A stretch of DNA of 51,671 nt, filler included, from Thelocarpon superellum (GCA_026025795.1; 2 parts of 2 records of this genome joined end to end with filler, not necessarily neighbours in it); one strand, 5' to 3'; positions 36,709 to 50,605 are shown, counted from the first letter of the whole stretch. Program-made: numbers and translations. The notes: generated from the sequence alone by a model not told the origin.

Positions 36709-39700
36709 GATGAGCTCATCCGACGCCGTGGCAGAGCAGGTCAATGGCAGATGCCCGGCTCCACCCTGGACGGCATGAGGCCAGAGCGATCGCTGCCGCA
36801 GGACGAGTCGGTGCGGCGTACCTTGACTGACCAATCAATGCTTCCGCGAGGTCGCGAGAATGGGGTCTCGAGCCCGGAGCCGCGACCCGCAGGGGGAGGG
36901 ATGGAGCGGGTCGTGGTGCTCGATGCGGTGAAGACAGCGGTGGTGGACAGCAGGAGACGTCTGACCGTGCCGTAGATGACAGCCACAAAGGCGATCGAGA
37001 ATGGATGGTGGGGTTGAGCGTTGGATGTTGATGGAAAGGCAGGCAAAGTGATGGGGATGATGGTGTGCGGGAGAAAAGCGAGCGAGGGCTGATTAGCGGT
37101 TATCGTGACCAAGGTCGTTGCGTTGCGGTGGCGCAATCGTCAATGCCGTGCACACACCCACCAACATGAACGAGGGTTGTGGGCGACGGAGGATAGTGAG
37201 ATGGCCGAGCACCCGTGGCATCAAATGGAGATGTTGGCCTCCGCTGCTTGCTTCTGCGGGTGGATCACACGTCCTCAAGATACGGCAAATGAGGAGCGGG
37301 AGTCGTACGATGCTCGATCCCCGATCTTATCCCCTCTCCTGTCCTGTCCGCGGCTTCGGAGCACCGTGTCAGCAGAGACGGGTTATCCGGGCTGATCTGG
37401 GGCTGTCAGATTCCTGGGCAGTCCGGTACGGCGCAGGGAACAAGGCGTAAAGCGGTGCCAACGTCGCCTGGCTGTTCCCGGCGGCGGGGTGTGACTGCCT
37501 AGCCACGGCGGTCGTTGGTCGCTGGTCGCTCTGGGCGCACCGCACAAGACCCTTTCTTACCCGTACTTGTAGACTACGACTAATCGGAATCCCGGAAGAG
37601 CAAGAATGTTGACCAATTACTTGCACTTACGGACATGTCGTCGCGCTCTCGTATCATACCGTAGGTCCTCCTACGGTCGCACCTTGCAGTGCTGCATGCT
37701 AGGGGGACCTCCCGGATGAAGGATGCTCAAGGATGCATCCAGGCCTTCTTCTCCCACGGCCGCGGCGTCAACATCGTCTCTCAACTGGACGACGGCATGG
37801 ACGATGCGCATGATTCCATGTTCTCGATAGACCGGAGGGGTACCAGCTACCCCCCCGTCCCCACCTGGCTTCGAGAGCTCACTACTAGCGTAGAGTCTGG
37901 TGGCAGAGAGGGGTGTGGGCCGGGGAGGGTCAATGGCCACACGTACGACTACCGAGCGACCGGTGGTCGATGGGGGTACTCGTACTCGACACGTATTCTG
38001 ACAGAGAGCCAAGATATTGAGAAAGGACCCGAGTAAGGCCTCGCAACTGCGCAGTGTCCAAAAACTAGGTCGCTGCGCGATCGAGCGATGACGGACGGCT
38101 CAGCGCACCTTGACTTTGCGCTCCCGCGCTGGCCGTGACCGCTGGCTCTGATTATGATGGAGGGTACGAGTACAGCGGCCAGCGGCCAGCGGCTCAGCGC
38201 GCGCACTGGGACGATTGTGCAGAAGAGGGGGGAAAACGTACGAAGTACACGGCCAACAGGCCTGGCAGCCGCCGTGGGGCTCAGCATAGTACGAGTACAG
38301 CACGAGTAAAATCTTGCACAAGTATTCGACGGGTACTTGAACCGGCGTGGCACCACGCATACTATGCGCGTCGCAAGCGGGAGCCTGTAAGTAACGTGCA
38401 TGGAGGGGTTCCGTGGTGGACGATGGCCTCTTTCGGCGCGCGATCTCCCGCCCAGCCAACATCTTGGTCATCTCAAAGATCTGGGTCACCCGATCCGATT
38501 CTCGCACCGCGCCTCGTCCCTACTCGTCGTAGGTGAGCAGGGGATCGAGCATTCGTTCCGTGGGAGAGTAACCCTCCGCAGTCGTGACGAGTGGTCGTCG
38601 CCCAGCCACCTGCATCACCATCCCCATCCTCGCCTCTCGCAACTCCACCAGCTACGATGAGCTCCAGCCGCCCAGCGAGCATCTCCCTGCCCGAGAAGCG
38701 CTCGACGGCTCGCTGCAGGCATGTTGTTCACTAGCTTCCATCGAACATGCCGGCAAGCCATGCATGACCAACCCCGGTCGGTCGCGCGCGTGCACGCCAT
38801 GCCCTCTGGGCGAGCGGACCTTCAAGCAATGAGCGCCCATACAAGTAGACAAGTAATCTAGGTAGAGGATCCGTTGGCCACCCCTCAGACGAATATAACA
38901 CTCGGTACTGGACAGGTAGCCTCAAACAAGTTGCAGAGACGCGGATGTCCATCTGGCCGGTTGGAGGGGATGAGCGGCATGGGCAGTAGCGTGCTCGAAG
39001 CGCGCGCAGGTGGGAGTCGATCCTTCATCGTCCACCCTCCTCCCTCCACGCCCCGCCTTATACTGCTCCTTGCCACGTGCAATCCTCGTCTCCCCACGCG
39101 CCGCTGGTACAAGCACGGCTCACCACCTCCAACTGGACCGATAAGCTTCGGAGCATACCTTAGTCCGGGGCAGTCAGACGCATGACCAGTAGTGGGAGAC
39201 AGCGCCCGGGCCTCGCGAAGGGCCTAGCAGGTACTCGGCCCCCAGTCTCCACGCGGCACGACACGGGAAACCATGTCTTGCTACGCACAAACCCTTTTGA
39301 CCATCCTTGCAGAGGGCCGTTCGGCACCCGTTCCACGCATCGCCTTAATGATCATCTCCTGCACTGGCACTGTGGCCGTCTCGGACCACTCGTGCTAGTT
39401 TGGGCAGGTAACGTTAATTGCTCTGCCGGCCGCATATGGGCAGCGTGGCCTCCAAAACGAGTGTACCCGCCGCAACGACCCGGTCGTTGTTGGATTGTTG
39501 GGTTTGTCTCGTGTCAGTGCAACGGCACTCTGACAACACCCGTGCAAGGTGGCTCGGGTCATGTCAGCCTCGACGTGCGACGATCGCTGATCAACCGTTT
39601 CGTTACTGAATCTCATGTCGCAGAGCCCCCCATTTTCGCCAACAGATATCGCCAGGTGGGGAGCGCTCCTCGTTGCCAATCACTCGAAAACGCTAGCTGT

Positions 39701-42700
39701 GCTATACAATCGAAAAGAAAATTCACGATGATTGCTAGGATCTGAGGCCTTCTGTAGCAACCGACCATTGTTCACTCACAAGCATACCACCGTGTATTCC
39801 ATGCATGACCGTCCCTTTGATTACTTACGGCGGAAGTAGGAATGATGCATCCCGCCTGCTTCCGCTGCCGCACTCGTGCCATTGTTTCGACCACCGATCG
39901 ATCTATGGGATGATTTCCAGCCACAAGGTTGATCTGACGATATCCCACGAGGGAATGAGGCATGGCAATACGAGCAATACCATGCCACAAACAGTCGTAC
40001 GACCCTTCTCGCTCCTTCGCCACAGGCCCATCCCAGTCGGAGGAGGTTCCGCCAACGTAGGCACTATCATGGGTGGAAATCGACAGGCGTTCATACCTGA
40101 TCGTGCATGCCAAGAATTCGACTTTTCTTCCCTGACACGCGCCTCCTCTCATTGCGTTTCCTGCCACGCTGGTGGCAGCCTATGACCTGCTCGCGGTCGA
40201 GATTCGATCCGCTGTGAAAAGCTCAAGGGAAGCCAGGATTTAATAGCGCACAACACATCTACATACCTCTGATGGGGCTCACCTAGCAAGATCACAATCA
40301 CGGAGAAACGAGACTTCCCCCACGGTCTGACAAGAGCCAATCGGCAGGTGAGCCGGAATGGGGGCCAGCGTATCTCAACGATACTTTGTGGCTAGCACTG
40401 CCGTTGTAATGGATGAAGTTTCCACGAGGTTCCGTCCGAGCCTGTGATCCAGTCGAAGCTCCCAACGAAACCAATGGTGTGGACGCCACCTCCACCACCA
40501 TGGTCTTGGCCTTGGTGGTGGACGCTATCAAGATCTAAGAGGAAAGGCCTCACAGCGTGAGCTCTACCCATTGGTGGGTAGCAATCACGAAACCATGGAA
40601 GAGAGGCGCCGCACGAGTCCCCTGTTCATGAATCTGTCCCTAACCGTATTTGCTGCTTCGCATGCGTAATCCGACCGTGGGTTGGAAGGGGACCAAGAAT
40701 GGTACGAATAGCTATACACGACGGGTGAACCTTGCGAGACGATTGCGTGAGACACCACCAAGCCCGTACGGGCACCAAAGGCGCGCGTGGCTCGCGGGCC
40801 GGATGGGTTGAACGAAAGAGCAGAGATTTTGACTCTAGTCTAAACGGAGCTATAGCACGTCAAGCCGTGGGACCATTGTCGACCCGATGGGCTGGGACTA
40901 CGAGGGTGGTAAGTGTAGAGTGGTACGGCGTAGCCTTCGCGAGTACGAGTAGTGGACGTGTCATTCTGTCATACTTGTGCTACAAGCGATGGGCTGTGTT
41001 GAGGCCCTGCTTGGACGGAAGCTCGGGCACGTTGTTTAACGCACAGAGAAAATACGGGTACGACGACAGCAACCATCTCGACCACGGTAGCTATGCTATG
41101 TCGATCAACTCAGTTGTCTTTGACGCCACTTTCACCGCAGATGATTGCCAATGCGCCCGTCGTTGGACCCACCTGGAGCCGGGCCTTTTCAATCGATTGG
41201 GTGTCATGGTGGGGAGCTGCAAGGCGAGCACAGATCGTGAGTGAGATCACGTTGGACTTAGCGTGGGGTGGTAAAGGGGTGGGGCGTAAATCTCATGGCT
41301 CTTGCCACCATGCCTGGGACCAGTCGTGATGCGATTACGATAACCAGGACAAGAGCTGAGTGGGTGTAGGTGTGACCGCAATGCTCGATCGATCCAATCC
41401 AGGAGCCGACGCATGCTGTTCCAGTTGAGCTGTGCGGTCGCCGGCCATATTTTTGAACATCACGTGTGAGCTTTCTTTGTTGTCTCACGTTTCCATGCAG
41501 CCGGATGAGAGGTGGTGTATTGAATAGCTACCAGCCCACCGGACCGTTGCTGAGATCTTGTGAAGGCGCCCGTGCTCATTTCCCGGTACCAACGCCCGTT
41601 CCCTCACGGACTGGACTACCGCCAAGCCTCGGTAGCGTTTGACTTTCCACGATCCCCGGGAAGCTGAAGCTGCAATAATGAGAGGTGCGAGTACTCGTAA
41701 AGCTAGAGCAAAACCTTCGCGGTCGGTGCGCCCAAGCGGTGGGGTTCCCTCATGTCTCCCCGACACGGCGGAACGGGTGGCGGATTGCCAAAGCGGGCTG
41801 GGGGAGAGACATGATCGTCGTCATGGGGCCCCTCCGGTACGCAAGGCTCCGAGACCGCGTCGTCACGCCGCGCAAGAGGAGGGGAGGGGGAGGGGGAGGG
41901 GAAGAGCGGGGGGCGAAAGGTGTGCTCAACACGCTTGGGCTGCAGCGGACCTGACCGTGGGAGATCGGTTGGACCGTCCCTGCGTCAACGACGTGGTGGC
42001 AAGCCCAGAGGGCGACGCCACGCTGCTCGGCACTGCAGCCGTGGAAGCCGGGCGGTCTAGCTGGAACAGACTCTACGCCAGGCACCGGGACGGAACACGC
42101 CGCCAAATGGCCAGCAGTGGACTAGATGGAGGGGAAGGGACAAAAAGAAAACGGGCCAGACAGAGAATTAATGCCACGGCGACCGGGGTACCTTGACCGG
42201 GGGCGAGGGCGAGGGCGAGGGCGAGAAGTCAATCGCCATCGGTACCAGCCCTGCGCAGAGGAAGGGTGAACGCGCAGCGGCCCGTTCTCCATTTACCGTC
42301 CAGTTGCACCGTGAGCTCATCTCAGAGATGCGGGATGCAGCAAACCGAGCACCATGCAGGCGCCATGGCCGCCGGGCCCACCGCGAGACTCAGCGGGTGT
42401 GTTTACTGTGTACGAGGATGATGCGAGTAGCATGTGAGAGAGGTGAAGAGGTGCAGCGGCGCAGCGGTGCAGCGGTGCAGAGCGAGGCGTGCATTTCGCC
42501 ATCGGACGTAACAATTGTGCGGCGGCGAGCTCGTCCGGGTCTGAGGTTCGAGTCTTCGCATCACCATGGGTCCCAAAGCAACGGCGCGTAGCGGACTCGC
42601 GACCACGGACGGAGTGGTCTTTGGTCGCACGACGGTGCGGTCGGGAGGCGGACCGCGATCCGACCACGGTGCGCGGTCGTCTGGCAATGTAGGGCCCCAG

Positions 42701-43677
42701 CAGGCTCAGGAAATTTGGGTGGGCAAACGGATCAACGCCTAAAAACTCGTGCACAGTCGAAAATTACAAGCACGTCGGATGCGTGGGTGCAGGGTAGGCG
42801 GACGACGGACTGCTCGGCCGAAGGACAAAAGGCAGCACCATATGGGCAGCGCCGAGACGGACCGTCGTGGAACGCCGGACCAGCGCACTAGAACATTGAC
42901 CCATGACTTAGCGGCGGCGCGGTAGGGCCGGCCGCCGCAATAGTTCGAATGCGATCGGGTACGAGTGCGGTGGGAGGCCGTGGAGCGCTGGAGGGGTTCC
43001 TCGTACCGATGGCGGGCCCCAGGCCCTTGCTAGGTGCTGCGAGGCCTGCTAGGGCCAGTGTCGTTCACAATCGACAGGTCGAGCGGCACGGCCAATGACA
43101 CGACGCGACCGCCACACCGGGCCAGGACTGGACGAGCTTGGGGAGGTGCTGGTACCAGTACCTGGGCCCTCGCCTACCGCCGCCTCCGACCTAGTTGCTG
43201 GTAGTCCGGGCCCGCTACCACATGTGAGCGCGCGGAGAGTTGGGTGGTACCGACTAGGGTGGAGCTGTCTTGACATGATTAGCCGGGGCGGCCATGTGTG
43301 AGTGGCCTGGTCGACGTGGGCGGCGAGCGGGCGATCGTGTCGAATCCGGCGGCTCCCCCTCCCCCTCCCCTCCCCTCCCTCACACCCGCTTGGCCGCTTC
43401 GCGAAAAGCGGGCGACCGGGGAATGGGGTGAGCGACGCGACTCGACTCGCTCTCGTGTGGCTCGGGAGGGAGGAAGGGAGGGGGTGGGTGCGGGAGCGGG
43501 CGTATGTACACAGGATGTGTGCGCGAAGGCGTGGGCATGGACGTGGGATTCGTCGTGGGCGCGGGCGTGTCTCTGCGCCCCACGACGTCCCAGCGAATCC
43601 AGCACCCACTCACATTTTCCTGCTCCTTGGGACCCGAGGCCAGGTGGGCAACACCCTCGTCGCGGACACCCAGCGTT

Positions 43678-43754
43678 CAGCACCCAGCACCCAGCACCCA
43701 GCACCCAGCACCCAGCACCCAGCACCCAGCACCCAGCACCCAGCACCCAGCACC
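43678..43754. repeat. Perfect 7-bp tandem repeat (CAGCACC)x11
   Basis: Directly visible, ~600 nt upstream of the C2H2 TF start. Confidence 0.95.
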
Positions 43755-44363
43755 CCCTTATTATTCCCATCTCGCTTTGCGCGAAGCTCGCTCGGTCGCA
43801 GGGCACCAGCATTTTCCCACCACCACCACCACCGCCGCCGACCCCTCCCCACGGTCGTCAGTGTTTTCGCCCTCGCCTCTCCACCGTCGCCTACCCCCCC
43901 GCCATCTCTGCCCGCCAACGCTCCATCCTCCCTCCCTCCTCTTTCACCCACCCACCCCCCTCACCACCCTGTCATCATCACCACCACATCCTCTATTTTT
44001 CGTCGCTCTTTAACGCCATCGTCGCGCTTCCTTCCTTTCCTTCCTTCATCTTGGGTGTTGCACGTTGCGTCGCCCCCTTTCTCCCCGCTTCTTTGCCACC
44101 GTCTACGTATGCGCAGTGGCCTGTCGCTCACGCGAGACTCTCGTCTATCGCGCGCACGCATCCTCACCTCCAGACCACCGTCGAAGTCCAGGTGCGCTTC
44201 CACCGACCCCGAGCATCCCGGCATGCTCCAGACGCGGCGCAACTTACAACACGCCCTTCAACACTGATCACGTCTCCGACGACGGCGCCGCCGACGATAT
44301 TCAACCATTGTTCGACGCCCCGTCGCACGCTGCTCCGCCTCAGCCACCATGCCGGCCGCCGCC

Positions 44364-47083
44364 ATGTCGCTGCTCACGTCGGCCGCCTCGACCCCGTCGA
44401 GTCGCAAGTCGTCCCTGGCACCGGAGAAGAAGTACAAGTGCCAATTCTGCAATCGCGCCTTCAGTCGGAGCGAGCATCGCAGTCGGCACGAGCGGTCTCG
44501 TAAGTGTGTCCTTGGGTCGCGGGGTGCGCTTCAGCGTCGGCGCTCCGGCCACGCGAGCGTCGGCACCTCCCAGCTCCCAGCTCCTAGCTACCCAGAGTTT
44601 CATTCTCGCCAGCGCCACGGACTGACCACACTCGCGTGCAGATACCAAGGAACGGCCCTTCAAGTGCCTCAAATGCCGGAGCACCTTCGTCCGCCGCGAT
44701 CTTCTGCTGCGACATGATCGCACCGTCCACGCCAAAGACGGCGGTGCGCCCCTGCATAGCGAGGTGAAGCGACGAGCTGGACCCAAGGCGTCGCCGCTCG
44801 AGCGCCCCGCCAAGACGGCCATCGCCATCGACGCGGCTACACTGGAACAGATCGAGGCCAGCAGCGATGGCATGGTTGACCTCGAGACGGCGGCCATGCT
44901 GATGACCGACCTGCATCACAAAGCCACGGCGGCCATGTCGTCCCAGGCGCTCCACTCCAGCGCGGGGCCCGGGGCCACCATGTCGCCCAACGGTACCGCT
45001 CTGCTCCAGCCCACCGTCACCTTCCCTGCGGGAGCGGTGTCGTTGCCGCAGGTGTCGTGGGAGACGTTCATGCCCCACACTGTCACCGAGCCCAAGGCAC
45101 ACTCCATCTCCTCTAGCCTGTCCGGGTCCCAGGAGTCGCAAGCGTCGTTGCAGTCCTTTACCAGCGCCAGCACCGTGCAGCCGGCGTCGGGTCCGCGCCC
45201 GTCGGTGATGGAGCGTCAGTGGTCTGCCGGCCAGACCCTGGCTCCCCACGGGCCGTCGGTCGCCCGGTCGGGCCACACCTCGGGCGCCGCTTCCCCCGCG
45301 CCCTATTCGCCCTACCCCTACTCCGTCCAGTCACCGCTGGACTATCGTCGCTCTCCGGGACCGACCAGTCAGCCCGCGGCGCTGCGCGTCCCGCGCCTCG
45401 CGAACGACGAGGAGCGCAACCTTGTGCTCGACAACATCCGGCAGCATGACAATGAGCATTCCGTGCTCGACACGCTGCGCATGCCCAACCTCGCGACGCT
45501 GAACCGCTACCTGTCGACGTACTTCAACCTCTTCCACCACCACCTCCCCTTCCTCCATCCGGCCTCGTTCCAGCCCACGACGGTGTCGCCGCCGCTGCTC
45601 CTGGCGGTCCTTTCCATCGGCGCACTTTACACCTTCGAGCAAGAGCAGGCATACGTGCTGCACATCGGATCAAAGGTGCTCGTCAATCAATTCCTCCAGA
45701 ACAAGGAGAACTTCAGCTCGCGCAAGTGTCCGCTGTGGACCATGCAGAGCTCGCTCCTGAACATGGTCTTCGCAAGCTGGAGTGGTGATCCCAAAGGACT
45801 CGAGTGGGCGTGCTCCATCAAGAGTCTGCTCGCGAATGTGCGTCCCTTTTCTACTGCTGCGAGCGACGTGAAGGCTGACTTTTCTGTTAGATGGTGGCCG
45901 GAAATAAATACGAGCTCAAGCTCCGGACCGAGGCGCGCGAGGGCGCACAAGCCAGTCGAGCGGACTGGGTCGAGGATGAGGGATGTCGACGGACGTACTA
46001 CGCGGTGTACATCTTCTTTGGCCTGCTCACGCTGTCGTACAACCACACTCCGGCGATCAACTTCAACGAGTTTGACTCGCTCGAGCTGCCGTCGTCGGAG
46101 ACGCTGTGGAATGCCGACGTTGCGGACGAGGAGGCCTGGCGCGAGTCGCTGACGGCCTCGCCGACGCTGACCTTCCGCGACGCGCACGACAAGCTCTTCC
46201 AGGGCGAGGCGACGCGGTACAGCGCCTTCGCAACGCGGATCATGATCAACGCCCTGTTCCTCGAGGTGTGGTACCACAAACGCAGCCCGGAGGCGCTCCA
46301 GGACGTGGTGACGGAATACAAGCTGCGATTGGCGCTCGAGACGTGGGAGAAGGCGCTAGATCTATGCGAGACGGAGTCGGTGGTGGTGCCCCTCACGGCA
46401 CCCCACCGCGGCCACCCGCTGATCTTCAACGCCATGGCGATGTTCCGCAACACTCGGGCCCGACTCGAAGTCGATCTCAAGTCGATCCAAGAAGCGCTCC
46501 GGTACCACGACCCGTACGAGGTGGCGGCTGCGATGACGACGGCGCGCGACCGGGTGAAGCGGTCGCACGAGATGACCAAGGTCATTCAGGAGTGCTTCGA
46601 GTGCATCGAGATTGCCGCGCTCCAGGGCATCCGTTGGGTGGCGCGGACGTCGGCCACCAACTGGAGCGTGGAGCATCCGCTCTGTGGCATGGACCTCATG
46701 ATCATCCTCAGCCTGTGGCTGTGGCGCGTGGAACATGACGAAGAGCCGGCGACCGAGGAAGAGCATATCATGTATAACAAGGTGCGCAGTCTCTTCGACG
46801 ACGACTCGACCGAGAGCACGGGATCGCACCTCAGCTCCGTCGTGGCGCGCGTGTGGGGGAGTATGCTGGACGAGGTTGTCGTCTGGGGGTATGTCGCTAT
46901 GTCCCGGTCGTGGTCCGTCCCATCGTGCTGACCTGCTGCAGTATCACCCGACTCCTCGGTGAATCGTTCAAGCTCCACGCGCAAGCGCTCACGGGGTATG
47001 AAGATGCCGTCGCCTCGGGCTCTGGTGTCACGACGCCATCCATGTCGCCCCACCGTGCGACCGAGGTGGATCCGGTCTACTGA
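44364..47083 (+). CDS. C2H2 zinc-finger plus fungal-specific TF-domain regulator (AmdA/AmdX/Klf1-like class); exons 44364-44499, 44642-45837, 45891-46888, 46942-47083
   Basis: [83 protein letters not shown]; splice sites restore frame; alternative ATG at 44349. Confidence 0.93.
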
Positions 47084-49023
47084 TGGCGGTCCCACCCCAC
47101 CTCTCAACCTCCTCGTGATACGATGTGTCTCCGAGACTTCTTTTCCCCACTCTTTGAGCATGGCATCTTGCTTGTTTTGATCCTACCTTCTGCCCTCTGC
47201 CTCCTGCCTTCTGCCTTTTGCCTTCTCCGATCTACATACATCACTTCCTTCGCAGCGCTCTGCTCCTTGTATTTCCATACTGTTTGTTTCCTTTGCTGGG
47301 GTCATCACATCACGGTTCGGAAAAAGATAAGACTGGTTGGGTACTCAAGGCGACGTCCATTTTTCACCGATACACCCTTAATCTCCTGTCGCGCAAACAC
47401 CCCTCAGCTGGTCCTGCCGTGTTCTGCCTCCAGACATACTCCACTACTTAATGTGCGTCTTTCGATTTGCTCGACTGTATCCTTATCTGTACTGTGTGTA
47501 TCCTGCAGCTGTACGAGGGGCCGTTCGTGACGGGGACCCAACGGCCGAGTGTGTGAGCTAGGTGGCCGGGAGGGGGTCCGTTTCATGTATTGTATAGCAA
47601 TGCCAACTCAAACCATCTCCTACCATCGGTATTCAGCACCAGGTGCAGCACGACCCGTAGCATTGTCGACTCGAGTGCCCAGGATGAGGTCACGTGATGG
47701 CGCAAGTCCAACCGGCGCTAGTAAGTGGAATTACGATTGGCAGTCACGGTCACCTCTTTCCCTCCGTCACCCACGCTGAACAACTTCTACATGTGATCTC
47801 TTCATGCATCTTGTGCTGAACAACTTTTGTGTTCTGTCTTTCCTGATATAAATTGCACGCCATTGTATTCATGAGGTTCGATTCACGGGACAGGAGGATG
47901 AACAGAAGTGTTTTGAGACATCTACAGTCGATCATAGTCGATCATAGTGGAGCACGTGCTTGTTGAACCCCCACCCTCGTCACCGTCCATGGTGACGAAG
48001 TTGGACATTCACGTCCATTGTGTTGGAATTGTCCCTATCGTCACTATCGTGCACTGTCGTCAGGGTGCTGCATGTGTTCCTCACATGTCATGATGTCGTA
48101 GTCTTGCGCAAGAAAAACGCACCGCATGTTGCGTTTTGATTCACGCCGACCCCCATTCCCTCTGCGGATGTGTCTGCTGTTGGTTATCATCGTCACTGTC
48201 TGCACAACACAGAAGACATGATGGTCCGTGCATGACAGTCTCGTGACCGCGATCCTCGAAGGATAAATAAGTTCGATGGTCCGCCCGATCTCTCTTCCTT
48301 TCTTCCCTCCCTCCCTACCGCGCTCTCGAGGCAGAACCTCGAGATATCCTCCACCACCCTCTTCCACACTCTCGAGGTACAACCTCGAGATCTATGTTAC
48401 CATCAGCCTTCCTCAAGACTTCGTCCAACATCAACCATCCTTTCCTCCTCCACCAACCTCAATCCTTCCCAGCCACGCACTTGGGGCTAACCTTGGGATC
48501 TTCATCATCCACCTTCATGCTCGCGAGGTATGACCTTGAGATCTCTTCCGCCCTTAGCTTTCACCGTGGAAGCACTTCATCGGATGTTCTTGCTCATTGT
48601 GGTGCAGCTACCTCATCGACGTCCAGACACTCTCCGGCTTGGTCCCTTCGACACAGAATAAAACTTCCTTCTGCCCACCTATCCTCGGGCAGATTGAGGT
48701 ATCTGCTAGATTTCGCGTCGACGCGACTCCACTTCCTCGGACCATCTCCCCTCCCGCTGACGCCATCTTTCCGGTCGCGAGCGAGATCCGCTCACGCCTC
48801 TTCGGATCCCGGCCCACTCGTGCGGCCTGTCAGGGCGCGAGCCGATGTGCGGATCGTCCTTGGTAGGGCCGACGACGACCAACCGCCCCCTCCTCCCGAA
48901 CATGGCCAGGGCGCCACCACGGGACCAACGAGGTCGACGACCGGCACCCGCTTGTCGGGTGTCGAGAACCAGGCGATGAGAGAGGTTGTCTTGTCGGTCT
49001 CCTCTCTCGCCTGGCCCCCCAAG

Positions 49024-49755
49024 GGTAAGTACACCACTTGACAGAATCCACTCGCGCACGTTGCCAGGATGGGACTCGACGCCGGATGCCGGCACCAGCA
49101 ACGCCTGGTTGGCGGTGTCCCGATTGGTGTCCCGATTGGTGTTCCGATCAGGGCCAGAGTCGGCCCTGATCGGGACAATACCAACCACCCGCAGCTATCG
49201 GAAGCTGCGAGGTCCCCGCTCCAGATGGCCGGAGCCCCAGGCTCCGACAGCAGACTGGACGGGGTGTCAGGGCCGGGTGAGTCCCAGGCCCTAGCTGGAG
49301 CTCACTCGGGCCCTGATCGGGACAACACCAAGCACCCGCAGCTATCGGAAGCTGCGAGGTCCCCGCTCCAGATGGCCGGAGCCCCAGGCTCCGATGGCGG
49401 ACTGGACGGGGCGTCAGGGCCGGGTGAGTCCCAGGCCCTAGCTGGGGCTCACTCGGGCCCTGGTCGGGACATCACCAACTGTGGGGCCCTTAGCCCAGGT
49501 GGCCGGAGCCCCCGGCTACGACGGTGGACTGAACGGGGAGTCAGGACCGAGTGAGTCCCAGGCCCTAGCTGGGGCTCACTCGGGCCCTGATCGGGACAAA
49601 ACCAACCACCCGCAGCTGTCAGGCGCTGCGGGGCCCCCGTATCAGATGACCGGAGTTCCAGGGGCCGACGAACGATGCAGCTGGTGCCGGCATCGGGCAT
49701 CAATTCGCACGTTGGTAACGTGCGAGACTGGCTTTTGTCAAGTGGTGTATTTTCC
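49024..49755. mobile_element. Non-autonomous TIR DNA element (MITE/foldback-like, possibly Mutator-related)
   Basis: ~75-bp imperfect terminal inverted repeats: GGTAAGTACACCACTTGACAG..GATGCCGGCACCAGC versus the reverse complement of 49680-49755, GGAAAATACACCACTTGACAA..GATGCCGGCACCAGC; no transposase; no TSD seen. Confidence 0.75.
49160..49665. repeat. Minisatellite, ~3.5 units (147, 147, 127 bp, partial)
   Basis: CCCTG(A/G)TCGGGACA recurs at 49164, 49311, 49458 and 49585. Confidence 0.92.
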
Positions 49756-50605
49756 ACGTGGACTGTGTACGCCTCGACAAGGTCCCTCAGGGTAAGATCT
49801 CTCTCGTTTGATATACGGGCCAGCTGGCTAAATGTCCTCTAGTGTGGATCTGCAGGGCGTGCTCTTCGGAGCCGGCTGATGACGCACCGGGGACTCCGCC
49901 GGCGCGGGAAGACCGTGGGGGGTCCCCGGGGTTGTTCATGTCGCCGTATCGGCTGGCCGATCGCCGCAGCCACCACGACCCTTCTTTGCAGGTCAAAGAG
50001 GGTGAAGAAACGTGGGCCCTTCGTCCCTCCCGGACGAAGGAGACTTCGATGGGGTGACGGCATCGTCGCCCAGCAAACGCCAGCTCGCCACCTCGAGCTC
50101 ATCGCCGTGACTTCGTCGCGGCTTTGATCATTTGCGGAGCTTTCCGCACGGCGGCCATGCGGGGCCATTCCCGATCAAGATCCGACGAGGCTCTATTCAG
50201 CAGGGCCAGCTCTTCCGGCGAGGTTTCCATACGAGCCGGCAAATAGAGCTCGGAAAGACGGTTTGAATCATTCGGTGCCGGATCACCTCGTCCTCCAACA
50301 ACTCTCCAGCACCCACTCACGCCGAGCGGAGTCAGCACATCACACCTTGGCACAGCTTCGGGGGGGTGGTACAGCAAGGCGCGGGCGCCTCCACCTGGCA
50401 TACGATCTTGTCGAGGGGTTCCCCTCACGGCTCTGGCGCGCGCTATACACGCGCCGCCAATGGCAGCTAGGCGTGCGGTCCGCTTCTGCGGCACGCAGGC
50501 TGGGAAAGTGTGGAGGGAGGAGGGGAGGGACGAGGGATGGAGGAAGGGGTTGGGAGGGACGAAGAGAGGGAGGAAGGGAAAAGGGCAGAGCGGTGGCACC
50601 GGGAT

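Noticed and set aside
43298..44503. Long ORFs with PSTQHPA repeats
   Set aside because: Translation products of the 7-bp repeat and GC-rich low-complexity leader
49069..49554. 161-aa repetitive ORF; also considered as a CRISPR-like array
   Set aside because: The frame stays open only because the unit is a multiple of 3; units are fully repeated with no unique spacers, and the context is eukaryotic
49800..50300. Minus-strand protein-like fragments (METSPEELALLNRASSDLDREW...)
   Set aside because: Short, no recognisable domain and no consistent exon structure
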